The notes: a model not told the origin generated them from the sequence alone. A stretch of DNA of 64,000 nt from Candidatus Saccharimonadota bacterium (GCA_028286395.1 JAQBRS010000004.1:29949-93948), one strand, 5' to 3'. Shown: positions 27,618 through 38,838, counted from the first letter of the stretch. Program-made: numbers and translations.

Positions 27618-28067
27618 ATGAAGATCTTTTTGGGCAGTGATCACAACGGCTTCCATATGAAGGAAAAAGTTTTCGCATACCTTGCGAAGCATGGGTATGA
27701 CGTTCAAGATGTCGGCGACGAACAACTTGATCCTGAAGACGATTTTCCGCAATTTGCGCAAGCCGCTGCCCTGAAGGTCCTCGGTGAAGAAGACGGTGAA
27801 GCACGTGCGATCCTTCTTTGTGGCGGCGGTCAAGGTATGGCAATGGCGGCCAACCGCTTCAAAGGCATTCGCGCCAGTGTCGTCTGGGATGCATTTGAAG
27901 CAAAGATGACTCGTAATGATAATGACAGTAATGTCCTTTCCCTACCTTCTCGTGTCCTGGAATCCGAAGATGGTACCTGGGAGGGTATTATCGAGACATG
28001 GCTTAGTACTCCATTTGCTGCGGCACCACGATACAAACGACGTAATGACCAGATTGATGAGTTGTAA
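27618..28067 (+). CDS. rpiB: Ribose-5-phosphate isomerase B
   Basis: GSDHNGF, LLCGGGQGMAMAANRFKGIRA, RYKRR. Confidence 0.92.
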   Translation: MKIFLGSDHNGFHMKEKVFAYLAKHGYDVQDVGDEQLDPEDDFPQFAQAAALKVLGEEDGEARAILLCGGGQGMAMAANRFKGIRASVVWDAFEAKMTRNDNDSNVLSLPSRVLESEDGTWEGIIETWLSTPFAAAPRYKRRNDQIDEL

Positions 28068-28069
28068 AG

Positions 28070-28714
28070 ATGGCCGTTATCGCACCGACGATTCTGTCCG
28101 AAACGGCCGACGACTACAAAGCGTCGGTTGATCGTTTGACGCCGTTTGCGCAACGAGTGCATGTCGATATTAGTGACGGTGAGTTTGCACCGAACTTTCT
28201 GCTCGGTGAAGGACAACTGTATTGGCCAAAAGAATGGCAAGTTGACATTCACGCTATGGTCGCGCGACCAAGCGAGCACCTTGCTCAATTAATTGCATTA
28301 AAACCAAACTTGATTATCTTTCATGCAGAGATCAAAGAAGATCGCGCGGCATTAGTCGCTCAGATTAAAGCTGCTGGCATTAAGGCCGGGGTTGCACTCC
28401 TAAGGACAACTGTCCCGTCGACGCTCGCCGATGTTATCAAATTAGTGGATCATGTCATGATTTTCTCGGGTGAACTGGGGAAAAATGGCGGGACGGCCAG
28501 TTTGATGCAACTAGAGAAAGTGCGCCTGATCAAAGCTATTAATCCAGCTGTCGAAATTGGCTGGGATGGGGGCGTGAACATTGAGAATGCTTACACTCTT
28601 GCTCAGGGGAATGTAAATGTTCTGAATGTTGGGGGTGCGATAAAAACCGCCGAAGATCCAGCAGAAGCGTACGCGGCATTGACCAAAGAAATTAATAAAC
28701 ACGGAGTGATTTAG
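28070..28714 (+). CDS. rpe: Ribulose-phosphate 3-epimerase
   Basis: APTILS, HVDISDGEFAPN, DIHAMV, IGWDGGVN. Confidence 0.88.
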   Translation: MAVIAPTILSETADDYKASVDRLTPFAQRVHVDISDGEFAPNFLLGEGQLYWPKEWQVDIHAMVARPSEHLAQLIALKPNLIIFHAEIKEDRAALVAQIKAAGIKAGVALLRTTVPSTLADVIKLVDHVMIFSGELGKNGGTASLMQLEKVRLIKAINPAVEIGWDGGVNIENAYTLAQGNVNVLNVGGAIKTAEDPAEAYAALTKEINKHGVI

Positions 28715-29578
28715 GTGGATAAATTAACGGTACCGCAGATTCAACAGAAGGCGAATGACATTCGCGAAGATATTATTCGAATGCTTGAAAAAGCAGGCAG
28801 TGGACACAGCGCTGGTCCTTTAGGTCTGGCTGACATTTTTGCAACGCTCTATTTCAATATTCTAAACATCAACCCGGCTGACCCCGAGTGGGCTGATCGC
28901 GACATCATGCTGTTAAGCAACGGACACTGTGTCCCTGTGCAATACGCCGCAATGGCGGAATCTGGCTTTTTTGACGTCGAAGAACTCCTGACGCTTCGTC
29001 AATTCGGGAGTCGTCTTCAAGGTCACCCTGAGCGCGAACGTCTTCCTGGCCTCGAGAACACCAGCGGTCCTCTTGGTAGTGGGCTTTCTCAAGCAGCAGG
29101 CTATGCGTATAGCCTTCAGTACATCGATGACATCAAGCACCGCTTCGTGTATGTGATGCTGGGTGACGGTGAACTCGATGAGGGTAATATCTGGGAAGCG
29201 GCGATGTTCGCTGGCAAAAATAAGCTTTCTCAACTGATTGGGTTTATCGATCGCAATAACATTCAGATCGACGGTAGCACTGAAGATGTCATGCCACTCG
29301 AAGACCTTAAGGGTAAGTGGGAATCATTCGGTTGGCACGTGTTGGAAATTGACGGACACAATATTGAAAGTATTATCGATGCTGCCAGTCAAGGTCGAGC
29401 AATTACAAACCGTCCGACGATGATCATCGCACACACAATCCCCGGAAAGGGCGTCGACTTTATGGAGTACGATTACAAATGGCACGGGACTCCGCCGAAC
29501 AGTGACCAAGCAAAACTTGCGCTTGAAAAACTACGAACCCTCGATGGAAAAATTACGCACGAAGGAGCCGGAGTATGA
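28715..29578 (+). CDS. tkt: Transketolase, N-terminal (TPP-binding) subunit
   Basis: GSGHSAG, LSNGH, GSRLQGHP, LGDGELDEGNIWEA. Confidence 0.93.
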   Translation: MDKLTVPQIQQKANDIREDIIRMLEKAGSGHSAGPLGLADIFATLYFNILNINPADPEWADRDIMLLSNGHCVPVQYAAMAESGFFDVEELLTLRQFGSRLQGHPERERLPGLENTSGPLGSGLSQAAGYAYSLQYIDDIKHRFVYVMLGDGELDEGNIWEAAMFAGKNKLSQLIGFIDRNNIQIDGSTEDVMPLEDLKGKWESFGWHVLEIDGHNIESIIDAASQGRAITNRPTMIIAHTIPGKGVDFMEYDYKWHGTPPNSDQAKLALEKLRTLDGKITHEGAGV

Positions 29579-30570
29579 CCTATCCATTAGACCCCGCATT
29601 ATTTACTGATGACATGAAGCTTGATCCGACTCGCGCTGGCTTTGGTCGTGGCCTTAAGGCCGCTGGTGAAGCAAACGAAGCGATTGTTGCTCTTTGTGCT
29701 GACTTGACCGAAAGTACGCAAATGCACCTCTTTAAAGAAGCATTTCCGAAGCGTTTTATTGAGATTGGTGTCGCTGAACAAAATCTCGTCACTGTTGCGA
29801 GTGGTATGGCGCGTGCAGGTAAGATTCCATTTACTAGTAGTTACGCGGCTTTCAGCCCAGGACGTAACTGGGAACAGATCCGTACGACTATTGCTTTGAA
29901 CAATCAGCCCGTGAAAATCGTTGGGTCACACGCAGGTATTTATACGGGTAAAGACGGAGCGACTCACCAAATGCTTGAAGATATTGCATTGATGCGCGTG
30001 CTTCCTCGTATGGTTGTTGTAGCGCCTGGCGACGCAATTGAAGCCGAGAAGGCAACAAAAGCGATTGCGGAGAACGGCCAGCCAAGTTACATTCGTCTTG
30101 CTCGCGAAAAGACGCCTGTTTTTAGCTTGGATGAATCTCCTTTTGAGATTGGTAAAGCGTATGTACTCAAAGAAGGAACCGATGTCGCACTTATGGGTAC
30201 TGGAACGATGACCTATCAGCTCCTTCTTGCTGCTAAGATTTTGGCAGAACAAGGCATTAACGCTGAAGTTGTTCACGTTCCAACCATTAAGCCGCTTGAT
30301 GACGAGACGATTCTTGCAAGTGCAAAAAAGACAGGACGAGTTATTACTGCCGAAGAGGCACAAATTGCTGGTGGATTCGGAAGCGCTGTTGCAGAACTCC
30401 TGTCAGAAAAGCTTCCGATGCCAGTAAAACGTTTTGGTGTTCAAGATCGCTTCGGTGAATCAGGAGATCCAAAGGACATCTTTATGTCACTTCGTCTTAC
30501 CGGTGAACAATTTGCCGAAGACATAGCGAAATGGTGCGAAGAAACTCCTCGTTATCATCAAGAAGCATAA
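29575..30570 (+). CDS. tkt: Transketolase, C-terminal subunit
   Basis: ADL..ST, GVAEQN, GKDGATHQ, IKPLD, DRFGESG. Confidence 0.93.
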   Translation: MTYPLDPALFTDDMKLDPTRAGFGRGLKAAGEANEAIVALCADLTESTQMHLFKEAFPKRFIEIGVAEQNLVTVASGMARAGKIPFTSSYAAFSPGRNWEQIRTTIALNNQPVKIVGSHAGIYTGKDGATHQMLEDIALMRVLPRMVVVAPGDAIEAEKATKAIAENGQPSYIRLAREKTPVFSLDESPFEIGKAYVLKEGTDVALMGTGTMTYQLLLAAKILAEQGINAEVVHVPTIKPLDDETILASAKKTGRVITAEEAQIAGGFGSAVAELLSEKLPMPVKRFGVQDRFGESGDPKDIFMSLRLTGEQFAEDIAKWCEETPRYHQEA

Positions 30571-30627
30571 GTGGTATACTAATTTCAAAGCTACATTTTT
30601 AGATAAAACTTTCAGGGGGGCAACAAC

Positions 30628-31539
30628 ATGGGATTAACGATTCGAGAGATTCGCGACAATACGACGCGAGCACGACATTTGATGCAACGATCACGTCAGC
30701 AACACTTTGCTGTCGGCGCCTTTAACATCGACAACCAAGAGACGTTAATTGCGATTGCACAAGCCGCACAGAAGTTAAATGCTCCCGTCCTTGTTGAAGT
30801 CAGTGACGGTGAAGTAAAAGCGCTTGGTATCGAAAACATTCGCGATATGGTTGATAACTACAAAGTCCAATATGGTATTGAAATGTACCTGAATCTTGAC
30901 CACAGCCCAACCGTCGAAGATTGTAAGCGCGCGATTGATGCTGGATTTGAATTCATTCACATCGATATTTCTCAAGCAAACCATGAAGCAACAACTGAAG
31001 AAATTATTGAAAAAACAAAAGAAGTTGTTGAGTATGCCAAGTTTACAGGCGCTCTCGTCGAAAGCGAACCACACTACTTTGGTGGAAGTAGCAACGTCCA
31101 CACTGAAAACATTGACTACGAAGAGATTAAGAAGACTTTTTCTACACCGGAAGGAACAAAATCATTCGTCGAAGCGACGGGTATCGACACCTACGCTGCG
31201 GCGATTGGAAATCTGCACGGAAAGTATCCTGTTCCAAAAGAGCTTGATCTTGAACTTCTACAGCGAATCCGTGATTCAATCGAATGTCAGATTAGCCTTC
31301 ACGGCGGAAGTGGTACGCCACTTAACCAATTCGAAGAAGCTGCTCGTATCGGTGTGAGCAAGATCAACATCAACAGTGATATGCGCTTTGCATTCCGCGA
31401 AGAGTTGGTGAAAGTGCTTGCAGAACACCCAGACGAATACGCTGTCGTGAAATTAATGCCTCAAGTGTACGGGGCAGTCCAAGTCGTTGTTGAAGAGAAA
31501 ATCAACGCCTTTGGAAGTGCTGGTAAAGCGGTAGTATAA
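30628..31539 (+). CDS. fba: Class II fructose-bisphosphate aldolase
   Basis: GAFN, LNLDH, AIGNLHG, SLHGGSG, KININ. Confidence 0.92.
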   Translation: MGLTIREIRDNTTRARHLMQRSRQQHFAVGAFNIDNQETLIAIAQAAQKLNAPVLVEVSDGEVKALGIENIRDMVDNYKVQYGIEMYLNLDHSPTVEDCKRAIDAGFEFIHIDISQANHEATTEEIIEKTKEVVEYAKFTGALVESEPHYFGGSSNVHTENIDYEEIKKTFSTPEGTKSFVEATGIDTYAAAIGNLHGKYPVPKELDLELLQRIRDSIECQISLHGGSGTPLNQFEEAARIGVSKININSDMRFAFREELVKVLAEHPDEYAVVKLMPQVYGAVQVVVEEKINAFGSAGKAVV

Positions 31540-31542
31540 TTT

Positions 31543-32517
31543 ATGTCCGCTCCGTCTATCATCACGATTACGACAATAGGTAAAGCGACACAGGACGTCT
31601 TCGTTAAGAGTTCAAACACATATAAGCAACAACGCCACAAGGGGGTCCTCTATGAGCAACTCCCCGTTGGGCAAAAGCTTGACCTCGATGAGGTCATCTT
31701 TGCGACTGGGGGGAATGTCACAAACGCTGCTGTCACTTTTGCTCGTCAGGGACTCCATAGTCGCTACATGTGGTGTATCGGTACGGACGTCGCGAGTGAA
31801 GCGATTCTTCAGTCACTCGATAAAGAGGGCGTTGATACGTCACAGGTGACACAAAGTGAAGCTTACCGCGCCAGCTATTCACTTATTCTGATGCTTGAAG
31901 GTGGCGAACGAACGATTCTTAACTACAAAGGAACAAAACTTCCTTCAGACACGAAAGACCTTGATTTTAGCGTCATTGAAAAAGGAGACTGGCTGTATCT
32001 TTCCGCACTTGGTGACATGGAACTACTTGAGAAGATTATTACTCGCGCAGCAAAGCATGGTGTGAAGGTGATGTTGAACCCAGCCGGCGCAGAATTAAAA
32101 GAACCAACAAAACTTCGCGCACTACTTGAAGATGTTGAAATCCTTGCCGTTAACAAAGAAGAGGCACAGCAAATTGTATCCGGTGAAAGCATGGAAGAAC
32201 TTGTTCGCCATGCGAACCACTACTGTCCCGTCGTGATCGTCTCTGACGGTCCACACGGTGCTATCGCAACTGATGGTGAAACAATCGTTGAAGCAGGTAT
32301 GTATGAAGATGTTCCCGTGGTTGACCGAACTGGTGGTGGTGACGCCTTCGGATCTGGATTCCTCAGTCAGTTCGCGCAAGGTAAGTCATTGAAGGAATCA
32401 ATGATCTTTGCGAGTGCGAACTCAACATCTGTTGTGACGAAAATTGGGGCAAAAGAAGGCATTTTACGCGAAGGCGTCGTGTTACATGACATGCCGATTA
32501 AAGAGAGGGAAATCTAA
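31543..32517 (+). CDS. PfkB-family carbohydrate kinase
   Basis: GGNVTNAA, NKEEA, DRTGGGDAFGSGF. Confidence 0.9.
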   Translation: MSAPSIITITTIGKATQDVFVKSSNTYKQQRHKGVLYEQLPVGQKLDLDEVIFATGGNVTNAAVTFARQGLHSRYMWCIGTDVASEAILQSLDKEGVDTSQVTQSEAYRASYSLILMLEGGERTILNYKGTKLPSDTKDLDFSVIEKGDWLYLSALGDMELLEKIITRAAKHGVKVMLNPAGAELKEPTKLRALLEDVEILAVNKEEAQQIVSGESMEELVRHANHYCPVVIVSDGPHGAIATDGETIVEAGMYEDVPVVDRTGGGDAFGSGFLSQFAQGKSLKESMIFASANSTSVVTKIGAKEGILREGVVLHDMPIKEREI

Positions 32518-34469
32518 TGGCAAAATTTTTACGAGACTTACTTGACGCCGAAGAACCTCTGTTTTCAGAAGCTCTTCGTCAACTAGAACAGGCAAGTGGA
32601 CGTACGGGCGCTGACGCTAAGCTTATCGGTGATATCACTGCGAAGGCACACGAAAATCTTCGACAAATGGGGCTTAATCCTGCAACATCGACTGGTGAAG
32701 AAATCTATCATGGCCTTGAAGCTCGTCTGGAAACGGACCTCAAGCGACTCACTCGCATTATCGGCGCTGAAGAATCCGAGGACGTTCGTTACCTCGTACC
32801 ATTTATGGTAAAAGCCGCAAATAGCGTGAAGTTTAATCGCAAGGTATTCGTCATCAAGCATGAAAGTGCCAAGAACCTTCTTCGTCAAATGCCACCAAAG
32901 ACGTTAATGGAAAAGCTCGGCTACGATGATATCGAATCTATGTTCGATCACGAAAACTTCGCTGAACTCTATACCGCCCTCCGTTTCTCCGAAGGTCCAG
33001 ACTGGCTTAACAAGTACGATGAACTCTTTGAGACAGTCACTCCTGATGACTACGAAGAGCGCGATCTGCAGATTGTCGTTATGGATCATGATAAGTACGT
33101 TGATCTTGCCGCTCACTTCGTTCAAAAGAAACTTCACAATGTGACACATACTAAAGAGATGGGCGTCATCGTGGTTGTTCCTATGCATGCCAAGACGATG
33201 CGTGGACTTGTTCTTAAGACATTGCCGCTATTGTTTCACTATATGAATGAAGTGAAACTCTATTCAACATTCTTCAAGCTCAAGAGCCAACAACCTCACT
33301 TTGGTAAGACGGTGGTGAGTACGCTTGTTGCTGACCCAGGCGACGCAAGTCAAATGGTAGGCCACAAGATTCACTGGCGTATTATCCAACGCTACCTTGG
33401 TAAACACAAAGAGGACAATATTAGCATGGTGGCCTTTGAACCACACGTTCAACCGGAAGATCTTCACTGGCGACGTGCGGAGGATCTTTTGTACGAACTT
33501 GACCCTGAACTTGAGTTCTGGAAAGATCGTGACTTTGTCGGATTGATGTACGAGGGATTCCCGATTGCCTTTAACTTGTTTGATGTGAGCTTTGCGTATT
33601 CTAACCGCGAACCATACGCGAACCGTTACGCATATCACTTCCGCGAAAGTCTCTGGAATGAAATCTTTGTTCGCTATATGGGCTTCAAGAACCTTGCGGC
33701 ACAAGTGCTTGAAAAACTTGATAACAGTACGGTAGCACCAGAGAAACTTCCTGTTACCAGGCCGAAAACGGTTCCTGCGCTTCGACGTGAGAATGCAAAA
33801 CACGATATCTTAATTCGTCGTAAATTGATTGACGCTGCCGAAGACCGTCTTGATGGCGTGACCGAGGAGTTTGATAAAGTATTCGATATGCTTGGTAAAT
33901 ACAGCAAGACAGTGACTATTTTTGGAACGGCACGAAAGCCGCAGGAAGACGGTATCTCATGGAATGCCTACGAACTTGCTCGTCGTTTTGCAGTTGATGG
34001 CTACGCTGTTGTTACGGGCGGTGGCTACGGTGTCATGGAAGCAGCTAATAGGGGTGCCTACGATGCTGGCGGAGATTCAATCGGATTGAATATCCTTCTT
34101 CCTCATGAGCAGAGTTTGAATAACTACACGACCGAAAGTTTCCAGTTCCAACACTTCTTCGGACGTAAGGTCGCAATGACTCTCGACGCAAGCGGATACG
34201 TGTTCTTTGCAGGTGGCTTTGGAACACTAGACGAGTTATTCGAAATCTTAGCACTTGAAGAAACGAATAAGATTCCACGTGCACCAATCATCTTGGTTGG
34301 TTCAGATTTCTGGGGACCGATAGACGAACTGATTAAAAAAGTGTTGTTAGAACGGTTTGGAACAATTAGTAACGAGGATCGCGAATTGTACAGTGTCATG
34401 GATAATCACGACGATATCATCCACAAGATCAACCAGTATGAGCGAAAATTAAACGCACCAAAAGAGTAA
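32517..34469 (+). CDS. Unknown N-terminal domain (about 430 aa) fused to a C-terminal LOG family (TIGR00730-like) nucleotide-binding domain
   Basis: C-terminal TVTIFGTAR, VVTGGGYGVMEAANRGA, SIGLNI.LPHEQ, FFGRK, FAGGFGTLDELFE; one uninterrupted frame. Confidence 0.8.
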   Translation: MAKFLRDLLDAEEPLFSEALRQLEQASGRTGADAKLIGDITAKAHENLRQMGLNPATSTGEEIYHGLEARLETDLKRLTRIIGAEESEDVRYLVPFMVKAANSVKFNRKVFVIKHESAKNLLRQMPPKTLMEKLGYDDIESMFDHENFAELYTALRFSEGPDWLNKYDELFETVTPDDYEERDLQIVVMDHDKYVDLAAHFVQKKLHNVTHTKEMGVIVVVPMHAKTMRGLVLKTLPLLFHYMNEVKLYSTFFKLKSQQPHFGKTVVSTLVADPGDASQMVGHKIHWRIIQRYLGKHKEDNISMVAFEPHVQPEDLHWRRAEDLLYELDPELEFWKDRDFVGLMYEGFPIAFNLFDVSFAYSNREPYANRYAYHFRESLWNEIFVRYMGFKNLAAQVLEKLDNSTVAPEKLPVTRPKTVPALRRENAKHDILIRRKLIDAAEDRLDGVTEEFDKVFDMLGKYSKTVTIFGTARKPQEDGISWNAYELARRFAVDGYAVVTGGGYGVMEAANRGAYDAGGDSIGLNILLPHEQSLNNYTTESFQFQHFFGRKVAMTLDASGYVFFAGGFGTLDELFEILALEETNKIPRAPIILVGSDFWGPIDELIKKVLLERFGTISNEDRELYSVMDNHDDIIHKINQYERKLNAPKE

Positions 34470-34532
34470 GCATTTACATTTTGAGTTAAGCGAATTATGC
34501 TTAACGTAAGATAACGTAGTGGGGTTACGAAA

Positions 34533-35120
34533 ATGGCGAGGATTCAGGGCAAGAAGGGACTTATAGCCACAATTGTTGTTCTAGGAATAGTACTTCTTAT
34601 TGTGGGTGTGAGCATCGTTGCGAAAAACGTCAGCCAGAAGCCCGCAACCAAGACCACTGACACCTCAAAAACGTCAGCTGCTATCACAAAAGATGCCACA
34701 ACCACCGAGACTGACGTCACCGATCCTTCGACAACAAATACGACAGCTCCTTCAGCTGTCGACCCTTCAACGCTCACTTCGATCGATGTTGAACCGCTTA
34801 GTATCGCTGTTTCGTATACAAAGGGCGTTGGTGCGTTTAACTTTGAAGTGAAGAAAACAGCCGACAAAACACAATATGTTGAATTTAGTTCACCTGATCT
34901 TGCGGGTACGAAATGCACGGATGATAACGGTCTCTTTGCCTCAATTATCAAGAACCCAAGTTCGAGTGAAGTTCAGGCAACGATCACTCAGACAGTGAAA
35001 GTAGGCAATGACACATATGGGCTATCTCTTGCGGGCAAAGGCTGTACCAGTGATGCCACCTTACTTGATCAGTATCAGACTGCATTCAGTAACGGATTCC
35101 CGAGCCTCAAAGCGCTATAA
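34533..35120 (+). CDS. Hypothetical membrane-anchored exported protein
   Basis: N-terminal TM, Thr/Ser-rich linker, two Cys in the C-terminal domain. Confidence 0.7.
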   Translation: MARIQGKKGLIATIVVLGIVLLIVGVSIVAKNVSQKPATKTTDTSKTSAAITKDATTTETDVTDPSTTNTTAPSAVDPSTLTSIDVEPLSIAVSYTKGVGAFNFEVKKTADKTQYVEFSSPDLAGTKCTDDNGLFASIIKNPSSSEVQATITQTVKVGNDTYGLSLAGKGCTSDATLLDQYQTAFSNGFPSLKAL

Positions 35121-35143
35121 ATTTTATAGTATAATAGATACCA

Positions 35144-37114
35144 ATGGATCAAACATTTCGCTTACAATCGCCGTATAAACCGACAGGCGACCAACCGTCA
35201 GCTATCGCTGGCCTTATTAAGGGTCTTGAAAATGGTGATAAGGAACAAACCCTGCTTGGTGTAACAGGAAGTGGAAAAACGTTTACAATGGCGAATATTA
35301 TTGCCAATCGTGGCGTGCCGACACTCGTCCTTGCCCACAATAAGACGTTGGCCGCACAGTTATACAGTGAGTTTAAATCGTTCTTTCCCGATAACGAAGT
35401 TCACTACTTTGTCAGCTACTTTGATTACTACCAGCCAGAGGCTTATATTGCCAGTAGTGATACGTTCATCGAAAAGGATAGTCGAATCAATGACGAAATC
35501 GATCGGCTTCGACATGCGGCAACGACGGCGTTATTAACGCGTCGAGATACGATCATCGTCGCCAGTGTCAGCTGTATCTACGGTATTGGATCGCCTGATG
35601 ACTACGCTGAAATGTCTATTACGATCAAAAAGGGCGAACGTCGTCAGCAAGATAAGTTCGTTCGACTACTCACGGACATTCAGTACCAACGAAACGACAT
35701 CGATTTTCATCGAGGAACATTTCGTGTTCGTGGTGATATTGTTGATATCTTCCCAGCCGGTAGTGATGTCGCGTACCGCATCGAATTCTTTGGCGATGAA
35801 GTCGAACGTATTACACGTATTGATCCGCTCACTGGTGAAATTCTTGGCGAGCCAAACGAGACGACCGTCTTTCCAAGCAGTCACTACGTGACACCACGCG
35901 CAAAACTCGATCATGCGATTGAAGAAATTAAAAAAGAATTTGAAGAACGCGTCGAGTACTTTGATTCTCACGATATGCTCCTTGAAGCACAGCGTTTAAC
36001 GCAACGTACAAAATATGACATTGAAATGCTAGAAGAAACAGGGTTTGTTAAGGGTATCGAGAATTATAGCCGTTATCTGACGAATCGTGAACCAGGTGAA
36101 CAGCCAGCAACACTGCTAGACTATTTCCCCGATGACTTCATGCTCTTTGTTGATGAGAGTCACATGACATTGCCGCAGGTTCGTGGGATGTACAACGGTG
36201 ACCGTGCGCGTAAAGAGGTGTTGGTTGATCACGGATTCCGCATGCCGAGTGCACTTGATAACCGACCGCTCACATTTGACGAGTTTAATCGCCATATTAA
36301 TAAAGCGATTTATGTTTCAGCAACCCCGGCCGAATACGAATTAGCGCATAGCCCGGAACCGATTCAGCAAATTATCCGTCCAACTGGATTGATTGATCCA
36401 GAAATTATCATTCGACCAACGACGGGACAAATTGATGATTTGATTGCCGAAATTCGCGAGCGAGTCGAGAAGAAACAGCGTGTGTTGGTGACGACACTGA
36501 CAAAGCGCATGTCCGAAGACCTTTCGACGTACCTGCAAGAGCTTGATATCAAGACAGCCTACATTCACAGTGAAGTCGATACGCTTGAACGAAGTGATAT
36601 TCTTCGTGACCTGCGATCGGGTATTTACGATGTATTGGTTGGTATTAACTTGCTTCGTGAAGGGCTCGATCTTCCTGAAGTAAGCCTGGTTGCAATTATT
36701 GATGCCGATAAAGAAGGCTTCCTTCGTAGTACGAGCGCACTGATTCAGACGATTGGTCGTGCAGCGCGTCACCTTGACGGAAAAGTGCTCATGTACGCTG
36801 ATAAAGTGACAGACTCGATGCAGCGAGCAATCGATGAAACTGGCCGTCGTCGCACAATTCAAACCGCATACAATGTTGAGCATAACATTACGCCAACAAG
36901 TGTCGCCAAAGAAATTGACGAAGGACTTCGCGCGATTATCCCAAAGAAAGAGGATCAGACGCCAAAGCTGAACCTCAAGAAGATTCCAAAAGATGAGTAT
37001 GCAAGTTTGGTGAAAGACCTTTCGGCACAGATGGATCTTGCCAGTGCGAATCTTGAATTTGAAAAAGCCGCAGAACTCCGTGATGTCATTGCTGATATTC
37101 GCTCGAAAATGTAA
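35144..37114 (+). CDS. uvrB: Excinuclease ABC subunit B
   Basis: [44 protein letters not shown]-terminal UVR domain. Confidence 0.98.
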   Translation: MDQTFRLQSPYKPTGDQPSAIAGLIKGLENGDKEQTLLGVTGSGKTFTMANIIANRGVPTLVLAHNKTLAAQLYSEFKSFFPDNEVHYFVSYFDYYQPEAYIASSDTFIEKDSRINDEIDRLRHAATTALLTRRDTIIVASVSCIYGIGSPDDYAEMSITIKKGERRQQDKFVRLLTDIQYQRNDIDFHRGTFRVRGDIVDIFPAGSDVAYRIEFFGDEVERITRIDPLTGEILGEPNETTVFPSSHYVTPRAKLDHAIEEIKKEFEERVEYFDSHDMLLEAQRLTQRTKYDIEMLEETGFVKGIENYSRYLTNREPGEQPATLLDYFPDDFMLFVDESHMTLPQVRGMYNGDRARKEVLVDHGFRMPSALDNRPLTFDEFNRHINKAIYVSATPAEYELAHSPEPIQQIIRPTGLIDPEIIIRPTTGQIDDLIAEIRERVEKKQRVLVTTLTKRMSEDLSTYLQELDIKTAYIHSEVDTLERSDILRDLRSGIYDVLVGINLLREGLDLPEVSLVAIIDADKEGFLRSTSALIQTIGRAARHLDGKVLMYADKVTDSMQRAIDETGRRRTIQTAYNVEHNITPTSVAKEIDEGLRAIIPKKEDQTPKLNLKKIPKDEYASLVKDLSAQMDLASANLEFEKAAELRDVIADIRSKM

Positions 37115-37174
37115 CCCCAGAAATAACCCTTTAAATTGTTTATTATCGTTTCAATTACGGTATAATATAGTGAT

Positions 37175-37465
37175 ATGACACAAATCTCACATGATGACGT
37201 GCACCACCTTGCACAGCTCAGTAGTTTGCAGCTTACGGATGATGAAGTCGGAGCACTCCAGATTGACCTCGAGAATATCGTTGGATATATTCAGCAACTC
37301 GATGAGCTTGATACCACTGGAGTCGAACCAACCTATCAAGTGACTGATCTTGAAAATGTCTGGCGTGACGATGCGGTCGATAACTACGGGATTGATAAGG
37401 CAACATTACTGGCGCTTGCGCCCGCAACTGAAGCAGTGCAAATAAAGGTTCCAAAGGTCCTATAA
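37175..37465 (+). CDS. gatC: Asp/Glu-tRNA amidotransferase subunit C
   Basis: HLAQLSSL, LDTTGVEPT, NVWRDD, IKVPKVL; first gene of the gat cluster. Confidence 0.9.
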   Translation: MTQISHDDVHHLAQLSSLQLTDDEVGALQIDLENIVGYIQQLDELDTTGVEPTYQVTDLENVWRDDAVDNYGIDKATLLALAPATEAVQIKVPKVL

Positions 37466-37467
37466 CT

Positions 37468-38838
37468 ATGAGTTCTATTTCTGATTTTATTGGCGTGTCT
37501 GCGCGTAAGAATGTTGAAGAAGCGATTGCGAAAGCGCACGAAAATGAATCGTTCCATGCGCTTCTAAGTCTGACGGAGACTCGCGCATTAGAGCGTGCCG
37601 ATGCGGTCGATCGCGGAGAAATTACTGGTTTATTGGCCGGTGTTCCTTTTATTGCCAAAGATAATTTCTTAACACTAGGTGGCACGACAACGGCTGCGAG
37701 TAAAATTCTTGAAAACTTTGAAGCACCACTGCAAGCAACTGCGATTGAAAAGCTTGAAGCCGAAGGCGCAATTTGTATTGGAAAAGCTAATCTCGACGCT
37801 TTTGCTCATGGGGGAAGTACCGAAAACTCTGCGTTCGGGCCCACGAAGAATGCCGTTGACCAAGAACGTGTCGCGGGTGGAAGTAGTGGTGGCTCGGCCG
37901 TTGTGGTTGCACTTCAGATCGTGCCATTTGCACTTGGAACTGATACAGGTGGTTCTATCCGTCAACCTGCCAGCTTTAACGGCGTTGTCGGCGTAAAACC
38001 AACCTACGGAACGGTGAGTCGTTACGGCGTTGTGGCAATGGCGAGCAGCACTGATACAATTGGTGTGCTTGCATCACATACAAAAGACGCCGCACTCGTG
38101 ATGAGTATTATGAGCGGCAAAGATGCAAAAGATATGACGACGCTCCCAGATTTCTTTGCGCCGATCACACTTGATGGCAAGAAAAAGATTGGTATCATCA
38201 AAGAAGCGATGACCGACGATGTTGATGCTGATGTTCGTCGTGTCACCAATGAATACATCGAAAAGCTTCGGTCGGCTGGTCACGAAGTCGAAGAAGTCAG
38301 TTTGTCGCTCCTTAAATACGCGCTCGCGATTTATTACATTGTCGTTCCTGCTGAGATTAGTAGCAACCTTGGACGATACGACGGTATTCGCTACGGACGT
38401 CGTGCAGATGCGACTCGCTTGAGTGACCTCTACGGCTCTTCGCGTGATCAAGGCTTTATGACTGAAAACAAGCGCCGTATTATGATCGGTAGCTATGTAC
38501 TATCGAGTGGATTCTTCGACGCATATTATTTACAGGCACAAAAGGTCCGCACACTGCTTATTGACGAATTTAATGAACTCTTTAGCTCTTTTGACGTATT
38601 AATTGCGCCTGTTGCACCAACACCAGCTTTCAAACTTGGTGAAAATACTAGTGATCCCATCAAGATGTACCTCGCTGACGTCATGACAGTTCCCGCGAGT
38701 CTCGCGGGACTTCCTGCGATCAGTGTTCCTGCTGGAAAAAGCGAACAAGGACTTCCGATCGGCGTTCAGCTTATTGGAAAACGTCGTGATGATGCACTTT
38801 TGTTAGCACTGGCTGAAAGTATCGAGGGAAACGCATAA
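37468..38838 (+). CDS. gatA: Asp/Glu-tRNA amidotransferase subunit A
   Basis: Amidase signature GGSSGGSA, GTDTGGSIRQPA, KPTYGTVSRYG. Confidence 0.96.
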   Translation: MSSISDFIGVSARKNVEEAIAKAHENESFHALLSLTETRALERADAVDRGEITGLLAGVPFIAKDNFLTLGGTTTAASKILENFEAPLQATAIEKLEAEGAICIGKANLDAFAHGGSTENSAFGPTKNAVDQERVAGGSSGGSAVVVALQIVPFALGTDTGGSIRQPASFNGVVGVKPTYGTVSRYGVVAMASSTDTIGVLASHTKDAALVMSIMSGKDAKDMTTLPDFFAPITLDGKKKIGIIKEAMTDDVDADVRRVTNEYIEKLRSAGHEVEEVSLSLLKYALAIYYIVVPAEISSNLGRYDGIRYGRRADATRLSDLYGSSRDQGFMTENKRRIMIGSYVLSSGFFDAYYLQAQKVRTLLIDEFNELFSSFDVLIAPVAPTPAFKLGENTSDPIKMYLADVMTVPASLAGLPAISVPAGKSEQGLPIGVQLIGKRRDDALLLALAESIEGNA

